Shown piece after piece: positions 9,669 through 18,561 of a stretch of DNA of 32,000 nt. Within the stretch, counting starts at the first letter, position 1. Every line of letters starts with the position of its first letter. Both the position numbers and the translations under genes were made by a program. Under the pieces are notes generated by a model. The model did not search any database. It had not been told where the DNA came from and saw nothing but the letters and a program-made list of their open reading frames with translations. The DNA is taken from contig DGGR01000006.1 of assembly GCA_002392285.1 (NCBI GenBank), positions 1 through 32,000 on the forward strand, read 5' to 3'. The stretch is from Verrucomicrobia bacterium UBA3869. Its GTDB lineage: Bacteria; Verrucomicrobiota; Verrucomicrobiia; Opitutales; UBA9783.

Positions 9669-10940
9669 TTACTCGTTGCTTTGCGTCCCCTGAGCTTGAA
9701 GTTTATTGATGATCTTGTCGTAATCCTCCATGTTGAGTTCAGCAGCTTTAAAATCTTCTGCGGTTAAGCTACTCAGTACTTCTGGACTATTGATACCCAT
9801 ATCTACCAATTTAGCAGCGGCTACATCCGATATGCCTGCAAATTGGATCAGTGCTTGCATCGCTTGAATCTTTTTATCTTCAAAGCTTAGGTTGATGCTA
9901 TCCGCATGCTCTACTTTGATTTCGTATCCGAGTAATTGACTGGCTAACTTTAGGTTGCGTCCGCTCTTGCCTACGAAAATAGCAAAGTCTTTTTCAGGTA
10001 ATTGAAATTGGATTGTACGCGAAGCATCATCAATCGACAGGGATTGAGGAACTGCTGGCCGTGTAATTTCACTAATAAAGGTACGCAGATCATCGGAATA
10101 ACGGATAATATCAATTTTTTCCTGTTCGCCTAATGCTTTAAGAATGCATTTAATACGTGAGCCGTGCGATCCGATGCACGCACCAACAGGGTCAATGCTA
10201 GAATCGGACGATGTAACGCAAATTTTGGTTCTATATCCTGGATCTCTTACAATGGCTTTGATTTGAATCCGTGCGGGGCGTCCGTCTGACGAAACCAATT
10301 CCGGGATTTCGCGCTCTAATAATTTAATAACAAAGCCTGGTGCGGTACGGGATAATACCAATTCAGGGCCATGAGGGGTTTCCTTGATGCTTTGTAGTAA
10401 ACAATCAATGGGATCGCCTGGTTGGAATTTATCGGACCAAATAGCTTGTTTGTGAAACAAGGTGCCTTCTGCTTTTCCAAAATCGATGATCAAATTTCCG
10501 TGTTCGCTGTAGCGCATAACTCCTTGGATGATCGTGCCTACTCGATCTTGGAATTGTTCGTAAATATGCTCTTTTTCAAAACGACGAACGCTTTGGTTGA
10601 TCATTTGACGAACCGTTTGCGCTGCAATACGTCCCAATGACTCTAATTTAAGCGGTTCTTCTATAATATCCCCCAGTTTAGCTTTTGAATTTTTCTTCAA
10701 AGCCTTACTGATATGCATTTCGACATTGTCGTTAATAACCGAATCTACGACTTTATACTGAGTATAAGCTTGTAAAACTCCAGTTTTTGGATCGATAGCT
10801 ACACGAATTTCTTTCGCATCCTGATTATCCTTCAGGGCAGCTTTTTTAATGGCATTAACAATCGCAGCGATCATGTCTTCGCGGCTAATACCTTTTTCGC
10901 GTTCCATGTATTCAAAAATGGGCAACAGATCGTCTTTCAT
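9669..10940 (-). CDS. nusA: Transcription termination/antitermination factor NusA
   Basis: The start is set at the ATG at 10940 (MKDDLLPIFEYMEREKGISREDMIAAIVNAIKKA, a typical NusA N-terminus). S1 and tandem KH regions follow (for example DPVGACIGSHGSRIK). The 21 upstream codons of the track ORF contain a promoter-like sequence. Confidence 0.95.
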   Translation of the reverse strand: MKDDLLPIFEYMEREKGISREDMIAAIVNAIKKAALKDNQDAKEIRVAIDPKTGVLQAYTQYKVVDSVINDNVEMHISKALKKNSKAKLGDIIEEPLKLESLGRIAAQTVRQMINQSVRRFEKEHIYEQFQDRVGTIIQGVMRYSEHGNLIIDFGKAEGTLFHKQAIWSDKFQPGDPIDCLLQSIKETPHGPELVLSRTAPGFVIKLLEREIPELVSSDGRPARIQIKAIVRDPGYRTKICVTSSDSSIDPVGACIGSHGSRIKCILKALGEQEKIDIIRYSDDLRTFISEITRPAVPQSLSIDDASRTIQFQLPEKDFAIFVGKSGRNLKLASQLLGYEIKVEHADSINLSFEDKKIQAMQALIQFAGISDVAAAKLVDMGINSPEVLSSLTAEDFKAAELNMEDYDKIINKLQAQGTQSNE

Positions 10941-10955
10941 AAAAACTATTGCCTT

Positions 10956-10984
10956 ACTCAATAAAATCAGACGCTGTTTGTCAA
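10956..10984 (-). promoter_or_regulatory. Putative nusA-operon promoter
   Basis: On the minus strand a perfect -35 TTGACA (10984-10979) is followed by a 17-nt spacer and TTGAGT (10961-10956), about 15 nt upstream of the nusA ATG. No rimP-like gene precedes nusA. Confidence 0.35.
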
Positions 10985-11152
10985 ACTTTCCCCAAGTAAG
11001 CACGGATGGGCTTAAGCAAAGCGTTAAGCGGAGTAAGGTGGAAGAAGGGATAGGGTGGATGAAAGGTGAGCATTTTATTTTTTCGCTTGCGGTTTCTAAA
11101 ATAAAAGCTTTACGATACCTGCATCATTTGTAATGGTTTTCTGTTAAGAGCT

Positions 11153-11365
11153 ATGAGTACTGTGAGTCAAGAAGGAAATACTGAAAGTAAAAAAGAACGC
11201 GTTAATGTATGGGAATTAACGTGGTTAGATGTGGAACAGCTCAAGAAATATACGACGGAATCAGGTAGAATTTTGCCGCGTCGTGTTACACGTTTAAGCG
11301 CTATGGAACAGCGTTATGTTACGAAGCTCATCAAACGGGCTCGTAATATGTTAGCATTGCTGTAA
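11153..11365 (+). CDS. rpsR: 30S ribosomal protein S18
   Basis: The C-terminal two thirds match the S18 pattern: L.KY.TESGRILPRRVTRLSAMEQRYVTKLIKRARNMLALL. The gene stands alone, with no rpsF, ssb or rplI next to it. Confidence 0.9.
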   Translation: MSTVSQEGNTESKKERVNVWELTWLDVEQLKKYTTESGRILPRRVTRLSAMEQRYVTKLIKRARNMLALL

Positions 11366-11372
11366 TCCTTTT

Positions 11373-12370
11373 ATGCGGGCGCAGGTTGGGGTAAGTCCTA
11401 AAGAAGCAGCTGCGTGGTTGGTTAAAGGAGAACCGGTAGCGTTACCAACCGAAACCGTTTATGGGTTAGCCGCCCCTTTGTCTGCGGTTGATACGATTAA
11501 GAAAATTTATACGCTCAAGCAGCGTCCTCAAGAAAATCCATTGATTGTCCACGTATTAGGTGTGGAACAGTTACAATGGGTTGCTGAGGTTACTCCTTTG
11601 GTGCTACGTTTGGTAAAGCATTTTTGGCCCGGGCCATTAACCCTTGTGCTAAAAAAAAAGCTTGTGTGCCAGCTTGCGTAACGGCAGGTCAACCGTCAGT
11701 AGCGGTTCGTTGCCCATCGAGTTCTTTATTTCGAGCAGTTATTGAGTTGATGGGAGAACCCTTGGTAGCTCCGAGCGCTAACCGTTTCCAGCAGATCAGT
11801 CCTACATCAGCTCAGCATGTTGCGCAAGGAATGGGGGATGTAGTGGCTTACATACTCGATGGAGGTCCGTGTTCCTTTGGATTAGAATCAACCATTCTTT
11901 CTCTGGTATCGGAAGATCAACCTACCTTGTTGCGTCAAGGACCCATTACCCAAGAGTCGTTGGAGGCGTTTTTGGAACGTCCTATCCAAACACTTTCGTC
12001 CGTATCGGTTAAGGGAGTGCATTTATCTCCAGGGCTTTATAAACGTCATTATAGCCCGCAAACCCCGCTGTATTTAGTGCGTCATTTAGAGCAATTTCAG
12101 GCGCCGATTGAGCTCCGAAAGACCTTTGAAGTGGGTGCTGCGCATGTATTTTTGTATCCCCCGTGCCATCTTTTGGCGTCCAATGAGTTTGTTTTAAGTC
12201 CAAAGGGGGATTTGTCGGAAGTAGCCACCTCTTTATTTGATTGCTTGCAGCGCTTGGATAACCAACAGTGGCAGTCTATTTGGATGGAAAAGGCCCCAGA
12301 TGCAGGCATAGGAAAGGCGATTAACGACCGTTTGTCGCGCGCCGCTGTTCGGGATTTAAGCGAACTTTAG
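11373..12370 (+). pseudogene. tsaC: L-threonylcarbamoyladenylate synthase Sua5/TsaC (long form), split by a frameshift in an A9 tract at 11651-11659
   Basis: ORF 11373..11681 carries the YrdC-domain N-terminus (PTETVYGLAA, ...PLIVHV, FWPGPLTLVLKKK). ORF 11624..12370, in the frame entered by adding one nucleotide, continues with VTAGQPSVAVRCP, APSANRFQQISPTSAQHV and DGGPCSFGLESTI. Inserting one A into the A9 run gives a continuous 332-aa protein. Confidence 0.85.
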
Positions 12371-12569
12371 CGGTTATATTGATAGAATAGGTTAGGGAGC
12401 AGGGTACCGTGTGCCCAGAATTGGTTTAACGCGCAGGCACTTTGAGTATGAATATATCAGAGGGAAGTATTGATCCGAATGAATTAAAAGTGGCAAAGCA
12501 TTCTGTTCTTTTAATAGTTGACGGAGCTGTTATTTTCACTGCTTAATATAGTTTTTAATAAGAAATCTT

Positions 12570-14075
12570 GTGGAGGAGACTAGTCAGTTTTCAAAGCTTA
12601 GGGGAATCTTTTTTCCTATCTATGCTTATGAGCTCAAAAAAATCGTTCCTTTAGCTTGTATTTTATTCTTTTCGCTTTTTAACCATTATTGTCTCAAAAA
12701 CATCAAGGATTCTTTGGTGGTAACAGCGGTGGGGGCGGAAGCAATTGCCTTTATCAAATTGTTTTTGGTGCCGCCGGCAGCGATTTTATTCATGTTGGTG
12801 TATACCAAGGTCAGCGATCGCTTGAAGAACGAGCATCTGTATTATGCAACTTTGGGTTCGTTTGTTAGCTTTTTTGTCCTATTTGTATTGGTTTTGTACC
12901 CCCTAAAGAACTATGTGTGTCCATCGGCGGACAGCATCACTCGGCTTCAAACGCAATTCCCATCGTGTGGTTTGGCGTTTGCGCTTATTGGGGTTTGGCC
13001 TTATGCGCTGTTCTTTATCTTTGCAGAATTGTGGAGTACGTTTATTTTGTCGCTTTCGTTTTGGCAATTTATGAACCAAATTACGGAGTTGCAGGAAGCA
13101 AAGCGTATTTATGGGGTTTTGTTGTTATTAGGGCAGGGAGCGGTAACGATTTCAGGAGGGGTTGGCTTTATCGCTTCAAATATCCGTGAAAAGGTGTCCT
13201 GTGCTGATCCTTGGCAAATAACGCTTTATTGGCTGATTGGGTCAGTGACCGTAACCAGCATTTTGTCGATGTGCATTTATCATTGGATTTATCGACATGT
13301 TTTGACCGACAAACGATTTTACAATAAGCCGGAATTGCCCGGATTTCACGTAAAAGATAAAAAGAAAAGTAGCCTTTGGAACAGCTTAAAGGTGGTTGTG
13401 CGTTCGCATTATGTTCGCTTACTCATCTTCTTGGTATTCTGTTATAGCGTCTGCGATAACATCTTAGAGAATTTCTGGAAACATGCAGTTAAGGTTATTT
13501 ATCCCAACATCAACGATTATAATTCCTTTATGAGCGCGTACACGTTTATATACGGTATACTGTCTATGGGTGTGGTGCTCATTACCGGCTATATATTCCG
13601 GCGATTCCAATGGGGAGTTGGGGCTATGCTAACTCCTATGGTTGTGTTGGTGGGGGGTGTTTGCTTATTTCTGTCGTTTTTGGGCGAACAGTTCTTGTCG
13701 GGGAGCGTGGGAATGGTGGTAGGAATTCAAACGACCATTGTGTATGTTGGATTGATAACGTTAGTTCTTGATAAAGGGTTTAAAATGTCCTTTTTCGATA
13801 TGAGCAAAGAGATGGCGTTTATCCCCTTGGATGATGAGCTTAAGGTAAAAGGTAAGGCAATTACGGATGTGTTTGGTTATCGCTTTGGAAAATCTTTTGG
13901 TTCGGGCTTACAGGTGATTCTGTTGTCCTTGGTAAGCGCTTTATCAGGAGTTAAGGCAACCTACGAAAGCATTGCGATCTATGCGTTTGTGGTATTTTTA
14001 ACCTGTGCGACCGTGTGGGTTATTTCGGTGTTCCGGTTGAATCGCAAAATTCAAAGAAGTCGAGAATTATCCTAA
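12570..14075 (+). CDS. tlc: TLC-family nucleotide transporter (ATP/ADP translocase type, as in Chlamydiae, Rickettsiales and plastids)
   Basis: The start is GTG. The N-terminus FSKLRGIFFPIYAYELKKIVPL...NIKDSLVV matches, from memory, the conserved start of chlamydial Npt and rickettsial Tlc proteins. The 501 aa contain about 12 hydrophobic segments. Confidence 0.85.
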   Translation: MEETSQFSKLRGIFFPIYAYELKKIVPLACILFFSLFNHYCLKNIKDSLVVTAVGAEAIAFIKLFLVPPAAILFMLVYTKVSDRLKNEHLYYATLGSFVSFFVLFVLVLYPLKNYVCPSADSITRLQTQFPSCGLAFALIGVWPYALFFIFAELWSTFILSLSFWQFMNQITELQEAKRIYGVLLLLGQGAVTISGGVGFIASNIREKVSCADPWQITLYWLIGSVTVTSILSMCIYHWIYRHVLTDKRFYNKPELPGFHVKDKKKSSLWNSLKVVVRSHYVRLLIFLVFCYSVCDNILENFWKHAVKVIYPNINDYNSFMSAYTFIYGILSMGVVLITGYIFRRFQWGVGAMLTPMVVLVGGVCLFLSFLGEQFLSGSVGMVVGIQTTIVYVGLITLVLDKGFKMSFFDMSKEMAFIPLDDELKVKGKAITDVFGYRFGKSFGSGLQVILLSLVSALSGVKATYESIAIYAFVVFLTCATVWVISVFRLNRKIQRSRELS

Positions 14076-14094
14076 AAATTTAACAAAAAGGGAG

Positions 14095-14142
14095 GATGAC
14101 CTACTAATAAAGTTTGGCAAATGGTCATCGTTACGTTTTTTT
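14095..14142 (+). terminator. Weak hairpin plus T7 tract between tlc and lptD (possible terminator or attenuator)
   Basis: GATGACC (14095-14101) pairs with GGTCATC (14123-14129) across a large 21-nt loop. The T7 run (14136-14142) starts 6 nt after the stem, so the geometry is non-canonical. Confidence 0.25.
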
Positions 14143-14151
14143 AAGGTGTAA

Positions 14152-16245
14152 ATGGTTCCATTGCAACAGCCTAAGTTGTTATTGTTAATCGGGGGGATAA
14201 TGGCTCCGGTTTGTATTTTGTCAGCTCTGGCTCTATCGTCAGATCAACCGGTTGTGTATGACCATAAAACCCGTACGTCGATTGCCGAAGGTAATGCAGA
14301 ATTGTTAAGCGAGGATGCACGTTTACAAGCTGATCGCATTTGTTATGTAACGGAAAACGCTAAGGGATTGGCAGATGGAAGGGTGCGTCTTACCCATGCG
14401 TTAGGGCGTATCGCTAGTAATTCGGGATTCTATTATGTAAACGATAAAACCTTTGCGGTGGATTCGTTTCGCATGGCTGCATTTGGCCATGGAGTACGTG
14501 GGTCTTCGATGCATGGAACTCGGGATTGCGCGTATGCAAAAGATGTTGAAATCGATGTTCATGGAGCGCGACGGGATGTGGCGGGGGTTCATATTCATGC
14601 CAAAGAAGTAGAAGTGCATCCGCGCGATGCGATTTTGAAAAAAGCAACGGTCAAAATTGGTAAGATTCCCGTTTGGTATCTACCCACCTATCATCTTAAA
14701 GATCGGTCTAACGAACAGAAGGTTTGTACGTTGTGGACGGAAGCAGATGTGTTGAGCAGCAACCGGCATATACGCAATGATTTGGTGTTGAATTATGGGC
14801 AGATTCGGCCAGGGATCATGCTCGATTATTATCACAAACGCGGCCCATTAGTGGGTGGTTTGCTTCGTTATGATACACCTTATGGGCACGGTGGGTTTCG
14901 AGCGGCTGGATTGAATGACAAAAGCTATCGGAATCGACCGAATGTCAAAAGTAAACGGCATTGGTTTGAATGGCGGCATCAGGGGCACATTGAAGACCGG
15001 GTGGATATAAGCGCTCAAGTTGAGTGGATGCGCGATAAAGAGGTTATTCGCGATATACGTCCTAATCAAAATGATGGAATGCGCCAACAGGCAGATAATT
15101 TTACCGAAGCGGTTTATCGCGGCGATGAATTTGTAGCTAATGTGGTTACGCGGCACCACTTGAACCGTTTCCATACGGTTCAAGAACGTTTGCCGGAAGC
15201 CCGTTTTGAGTACTTGCCGGTGCCGATTGGGAATAGCCCGCTTTATCATCAATTTGGCGGCGGGGTATCGCATGTTCGGGAACGTCGGTCGGGCGAGAGT
15301 ATTCGTCGTACCCTGAAACGCGGCGATCTGTATTATGGTTTATCGCTGCCGATGTCCGTTTCTAAGGCCTGTAGTATTACTCCGTTGGTGAGTGGACGTA
15401 TGATTTCCTATGCTGGATTAAACAATCCGGATCATAAGAGTACCTACACGCGTTATTTAGGGCAATTAGGAGCGGATGTGCGTTTCCATGCTTATGGGGA
15501 TTATGCACACAAGAACAAGTATTGGAATATTTACGACTTTCGTCATTTAATTCAGCCGGTAATTCAATACCGCTATATGCCGCATGGGCATCAAGGGCAG
15601 GCGTTTGTTCCGGCTATTGATCGTGAGGTAGATGGGGGAGAGAATGCATGTTCGTTGAGCGAAATCGATCTGTTGAACCGGCGGGATATCGATGATATGA
15701 ACGATATGCATTTAATGCGTTTCGGATTGGAGAATTTCTTATATGCCTTTGGCTGGGATGGCAGTGAACGCGAATGGTTATCAGCGCATATTTACCAAGA
15801 TGTACAGATGAAGCGCAATTGGGTCAATGGGCAGCAACAGCATCATTTGGGTGGTACTTGCACGAAGGTTGAATGGCGGCCTGCCGACTTTTTATCCTTT
15901 GATCAGAGTTTGTACTTCGATTTAGGCAATAAGCGCTTAAAATGGGCCAATACCGGGGTAACGTTCAAGGAAAGCGATTTGTGGGAATTTCGCATAGGGC
16001 ATATTTACTTGAGGAATACTGGGAGTATTCAGCACCAATGTTCTTTGGGTGGAACTTATTACCTTAACTCCAGAAACCAATTGTTGACTAATACGGTTCT
16101 TACCTTCAAGCAATTGGGTTTTGTATCGCAATCGTTTATGTGGAAAACGGTTATTTCGCATATTTGGTGGTTTAGTACGGAATTTAAGTGGGATAAATTG
16201 TATAAGTGGCAGCTGTTATTTGGCTTAAATTTGAGCTCTTGGTAA
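14152..16245 (+). CDS. lptD: LptD/OstA-like outer-membrane LPS-assembly protein
   Basis: An AAGGTG Shine-Dalgarno sequence lies 4 nt upstream of the ATG. The N-terminus is a signal peptide. An OstA-like repeat pattern follows (AEGNAELL...LQADRICY...ADGRVRL). The long beta-rich C-terminal part ends in an aromatic residue (...LNLSSW), as in OMP barrels. Confidence 0.65.
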   Translation: MVPLQQPKLLLLIGGIMAPVCILSALALSSDQPVVYDHKTRTSIAEGNAELLSEDARLQADRICYVTENAKGLADGRVRLTHALGRIASNSGFYYVNDKTFAVDSFRMAAFGHGVRGSSMHGTRDCAYAKDVEIDVHGARRDVAGVHIHAKEVEVHPRDAILKKATVKIGKIPVWYLPTYHLKDRSNEQKVCTLWTEADVLSSNRHIRNDLVLNYGQIRPGIMLDYYHKRGPLVGGLLRYDTPYGHGGFRAAGLNDKSYRNRPNVKSKRHWFEWRHQGHIEDRVDISAQVEWMRDKEVIRDIRPNQNDGMRQQADNFTEAVYRGDEFVANVVTRHHLNRFHTVQERLPEARFEYLPVPIGNSPLYHQFGGGVSHVRERRSGESIRRTLKRGDLYYGLSLPMSVSKACSITPLVSGRMISYAGLNNPDHKSTYTRYLGQLGADVRFHAYGDYAHKNKYWNIYDFRHLIQPVIQYRYMPHGHQGQAFVPAIDREVDGGENACSLSEIDLLNRRDIDDMNDMHLMRFGLENFLYAFGWDGSEREWLSAHIYQDVQMKRNWVNGQQQHHLGGTCTKVEWRPADFLSFDQSLYFDLGNKRLKWANTGVTFKESDLWEFRIGHIYLRNTGSIQHQCSLGGTYYLNSRNQLLTNTVLTFKQLGFVSQSFMWKTVISHIWWFSTEFKWDKLYKWQLLFGLNLSSW

Positions 16246-16296
16246 CAGCGCATAGGTCGTCTTGATGCGATTTTGCTTGGTGCCAATAGGGGAGAT

Positions 16297-17403
16297 ATGT
16301 TAAAATATCATCGATTTTTTTCCTTTTCAGATTATAGGGTAAACGATTACAAGGCTATGCTATCGAATGTTTTTACAGCGCGCGTATTACACCGTAGCCT
16401 TTTGTCTCAAGGACCAACGACAAAACCGATTTATTGCATACGGTTTTCATGTCCCAAAGGATATACGTTTGAACCGGGTGATGTGGTCTTTGTGCATGCC
16501 AAGAACGATCCTAAGTGGGTTCAGCGAGCGTTATCAATATTAAAAGCCACTGGAAAGGAGCAGGTTGCAGGCCCTAATGGAGCACAATGGACATTGGAAG
16601 AAGCTTTGTCAGAGCATTATGAGCTACGTTTTAAAGCTAGTGTTTGGGAACAGGTACCATCCGAATTGAAGGATGATTTTTGGGGATGCTTAGCTTGGTA
16701 TCAACAGCAATCGATGGGGACCCATTTAGGCCGTTATTTATTGCCGATGCGTCCACGCGCTTATTCCATTGCATCAGCACAAAAGTTAGCTCCTGATCGC
16801 TTCGATTTGATTGTCGCGTTGGTTACCTACCGAATGGTTGAAGGCAGTGTTTGCGAGGGTCTTTCCAGTGGGTTTTTGTGCAAACGGATTCAGGTAGGCG
16901 ATGAAGTACCTTTGCATATCATTGCGTCTAAGTTTCGGCTTCCCAAGGATGATTCGCGGCCGGTTATTATGGTGGGTCCCGGAACTGGGATCGCTCCCTT
17001 TAAAGCCTTTTTGGAATACCGTAAGGCGGTCGGTGCACCTGGACCCAATTGGTTGTTCTTTGGCGGTCGGCATCAGGCAAATGATTTTATCTTAAAGGAT
17101 TTTTTGGAATCGATGCAGGCGGATGGATTTTTAACCCGTTTGGATTTAGCGTTTTCGCGCGACCAAAACCATAAGGTTTATGTTCAACACCGTATGCTGG
17201 AACACGCTAAGGAGCTATGGGATTGGTTTCGTCGGGGGGCGTATTTTTATATCTGTGGCGATGCTCGAGGAATGGCAAAGGACGTTGAAAGCACGTTATT
17301 GACTATTATTCAGCAGGAAGAACGCTTGTCGTTAGCAGAAGCTCAAATTTACTTAAAGGATTTGCGACGCGAAAGCCGTTACCAAATGGATGTTTATGGG
17401 TGA
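16297..17403 (+). CDS. CysJ/CPR-like FAD- and NADPH-binding reductase module lacking the flavodoxin (FMN) domain
   Basis: The start is set at the ATG at 16297, preceded by AGGGGAG. The motifs are RAYSIASA (the FAD R.YS..S motif), GPGTGIAPFKAF, YVQHRM, YICGDARGMAKDV and the C-terminal YQMDVYG. No FMN-binding domain is present and no cysI-like gene is nearby. Confidence 0.8.
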   Translation: MLKYHRFFSFSDYRVNDYKAMLSNVFTARVLHRSLLSQGPTTKPIYCIRFSCPKGYTFEPGDVVFVHAKNDPKWVQRALSILKATGKEQVAGPNGAQWTLEEALSEHYELRFKASVWEQVPSELKDDFWGCLAWYQQQSMGTHLGRYLLPMRPRAYSIASAQKLAPDRFDLIVALVTYRMVEGSVCEGLSSGFLCKRIQVGDEVPLHIIASKFRLPKDDSRPVIMVGPGTGIAPFKAFLEYRKAVGAPGPNWLFFGGRHQANDFILKDFLESMQADGFLTRLDLAFSRDQNHKVYVQHRMLEHAKELWDWFRRGAYFYICGDARGMAKDVESTLLTIIQQEERLSLAEAQIYLKDLRRESRYQMDVYG

Positions 17404-18520
17404 TCGTATTGCTTATGTTATTTATAACACTCCACAGCAGGATAAAAACTTACTTTATTGGGGTCATTTTGATGCACCGGATCCCTTTTTTGCGTTAACA
17501 GTGGGAGGCCGAAAGTTGGCATTTGTATCGGAATTGGAATATGGCCGATGCAAGGCGAGCAGTACGTTTGACGAAGTTTTTTTGAGGTCCGATGTGCAAA
17601 AACGCTCTGTATTGGCATATCCGCAGGGAACCCCTTGGTCTGCCTTTTTCCGGTATCTTCAGCAACAGTATGCGATTGATCGCTTTGTGGTTCCGAATGA
17701 TTTTCCGGCAACGGTGTACGCTCAGTGTTATCAAACGGTGCCTTTAGGATTTGATGCTGCTGCGTTTGAAACCACGCGGGCGATTAAAACAGTTTCGGAA
17801 ATCGATGAAATCCGTAAGGCGTGTAAGGTTACAGCGGATATGTTAGGGTACGCCAAAAGTATTTTGCACCACAGTACGGTTCACAATCACCAATTGGAGT
17901 ACGAAGGGTCTGTGTTGACGTCTGAACGTTTGCGGACGTTGATGGAACAGTATGGGTTTAACCACGGCGCTTGCGCAGAGGACACCATTGTAGCAGGGGG
18001 CGAACAAGCTGTGCATCCGCATCATAGGGGCGAAGGACCTTTGTACGAAGGTCAATTGATTGTACTCGATTGCTTTCCTTATTTAAAGCAATCTGGTTAT
18101 TATGGGGATATGACCCGAACGGTCGTGAAAGGGTATGCAAAGCCAGAACAGATGCGAATGTATCAATGCGTACGGGATTGCCAACAGGCGTTGATTGAGC
18201 GTATACACCCAGGGGTATTAACATCGGATTTGATGCAATTTGCGCTGGATTTTTTTGAGCGTGCTGGGTTTGGGTTGAAGCAAACAGCCATGGGTTGCGA
18301 AGGCTTTATTCATAGTGTGGGTCATGGGGTAGGTTTAGGCCTTCATGAATACCCATCCGTAGGTGCGCAAGCGATTGCGTTGGAAGCGGGTATGGTGATT
18401 ACGGTTGAGCCGGGTTTGTATTTCCATACTATCGGAGGGGTTCGTATTGAGGATGATGTGGTGGTAACGCCTACGGGCTGCGAACGTTTATCGGACTACT
18501 CTTACGAGTTATGTGTATAA
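17390..18520 (+). CDS. pepP: M24B-family Xaa-Pro aminopeptidase/dipeptidase
   Basis: The metal-ligand motifs are DCFP...YYGDMTRT, HSVGHGVGLGLHEYP, VITVEPGLY and GGVRIEDDVVVT. The start overlaps the preceding gene by 14 nt, or by 8 nt if the second ATG is used. Confidence 0.85.
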   Translation: MFMGDRIAYVIYNTPQQDKNLLYWGHFDAPDPFFALTVGGRKLAFVSELEYGRCKASSTFDEVFLRSDVQKRSVLAYPQGTPWSAFFRYLQQQYAIDRFVVPNDFPATVYAQCYQTVPLGFDAAAFETTRAIKTVSEIDEIRKACKVTADMLGYAKSILHHSTVHNHQLEYEGSVLTSERLRTLMEQYGFNHGACAEDTIVAGGEQAVHPHHRGEGPLYEGQLIVLDCFPYLKQSGYYGDMTRTVVKGYAKPEQMRMYQCVRDCQQALIERIHPGVLTSDLMQFALDFFERAGFGLKQTAMGCEGFIHSVGHGVGLGLHEYPSVGAQAIALEAGMVITVEPGLYFHTIGGVRIEDDVVVTPTGCERLSDYSYELCV

Positions 18521-18561
18521 CGGTATAAAAGCTTGTTGTTTGTTGAGGAAAAGTGTAGAAG

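Noticed and set aside
10941-11003. 21-codon N-terminal extension of the nusA track ORF
   Set aside because: The typical NusA N-terminus starts at the ATG at 10940. The extension contains a TTGACA-17-TTGAGT promoter-like sequence.
12448-12546. 32-codon ORF (MNISEGSIDPNELKVAKHSVLLIVDGAVIFTA) in the leader of the tlc gene
   Set aside because: It has no RBS-like sequence and no recognisable motif. Its length is within what chance gives in a 199-nt spacer. It would need conservation or ribosome-profiling evidence.
14088-14107. Strong SD-like AAGGGAGGA followed directly by the mini-ORF ATG ACC TAC TAA
   Set aside because: There is no spacing between the SD-like sequence and the ATG, and the ORF has only 3 codons. 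The GGAGGATGACC sequence is more simply the 5' arm region of the hairpin at 14095-14129.
14848-15273. 141-aa antisense ORF inside lptD. Similar shadow ORFs are 151..483, 3629..3964, 4409..4780, 8086..8376, 16786..17073, 19032..19352 and 28873..29247
   Set aside because: Each lies entirely within, and antisense or out of frame to, a strongly supported gene. They have low-complexity or odd composition and no recognisable motifs, as expected for shadow ORFs.
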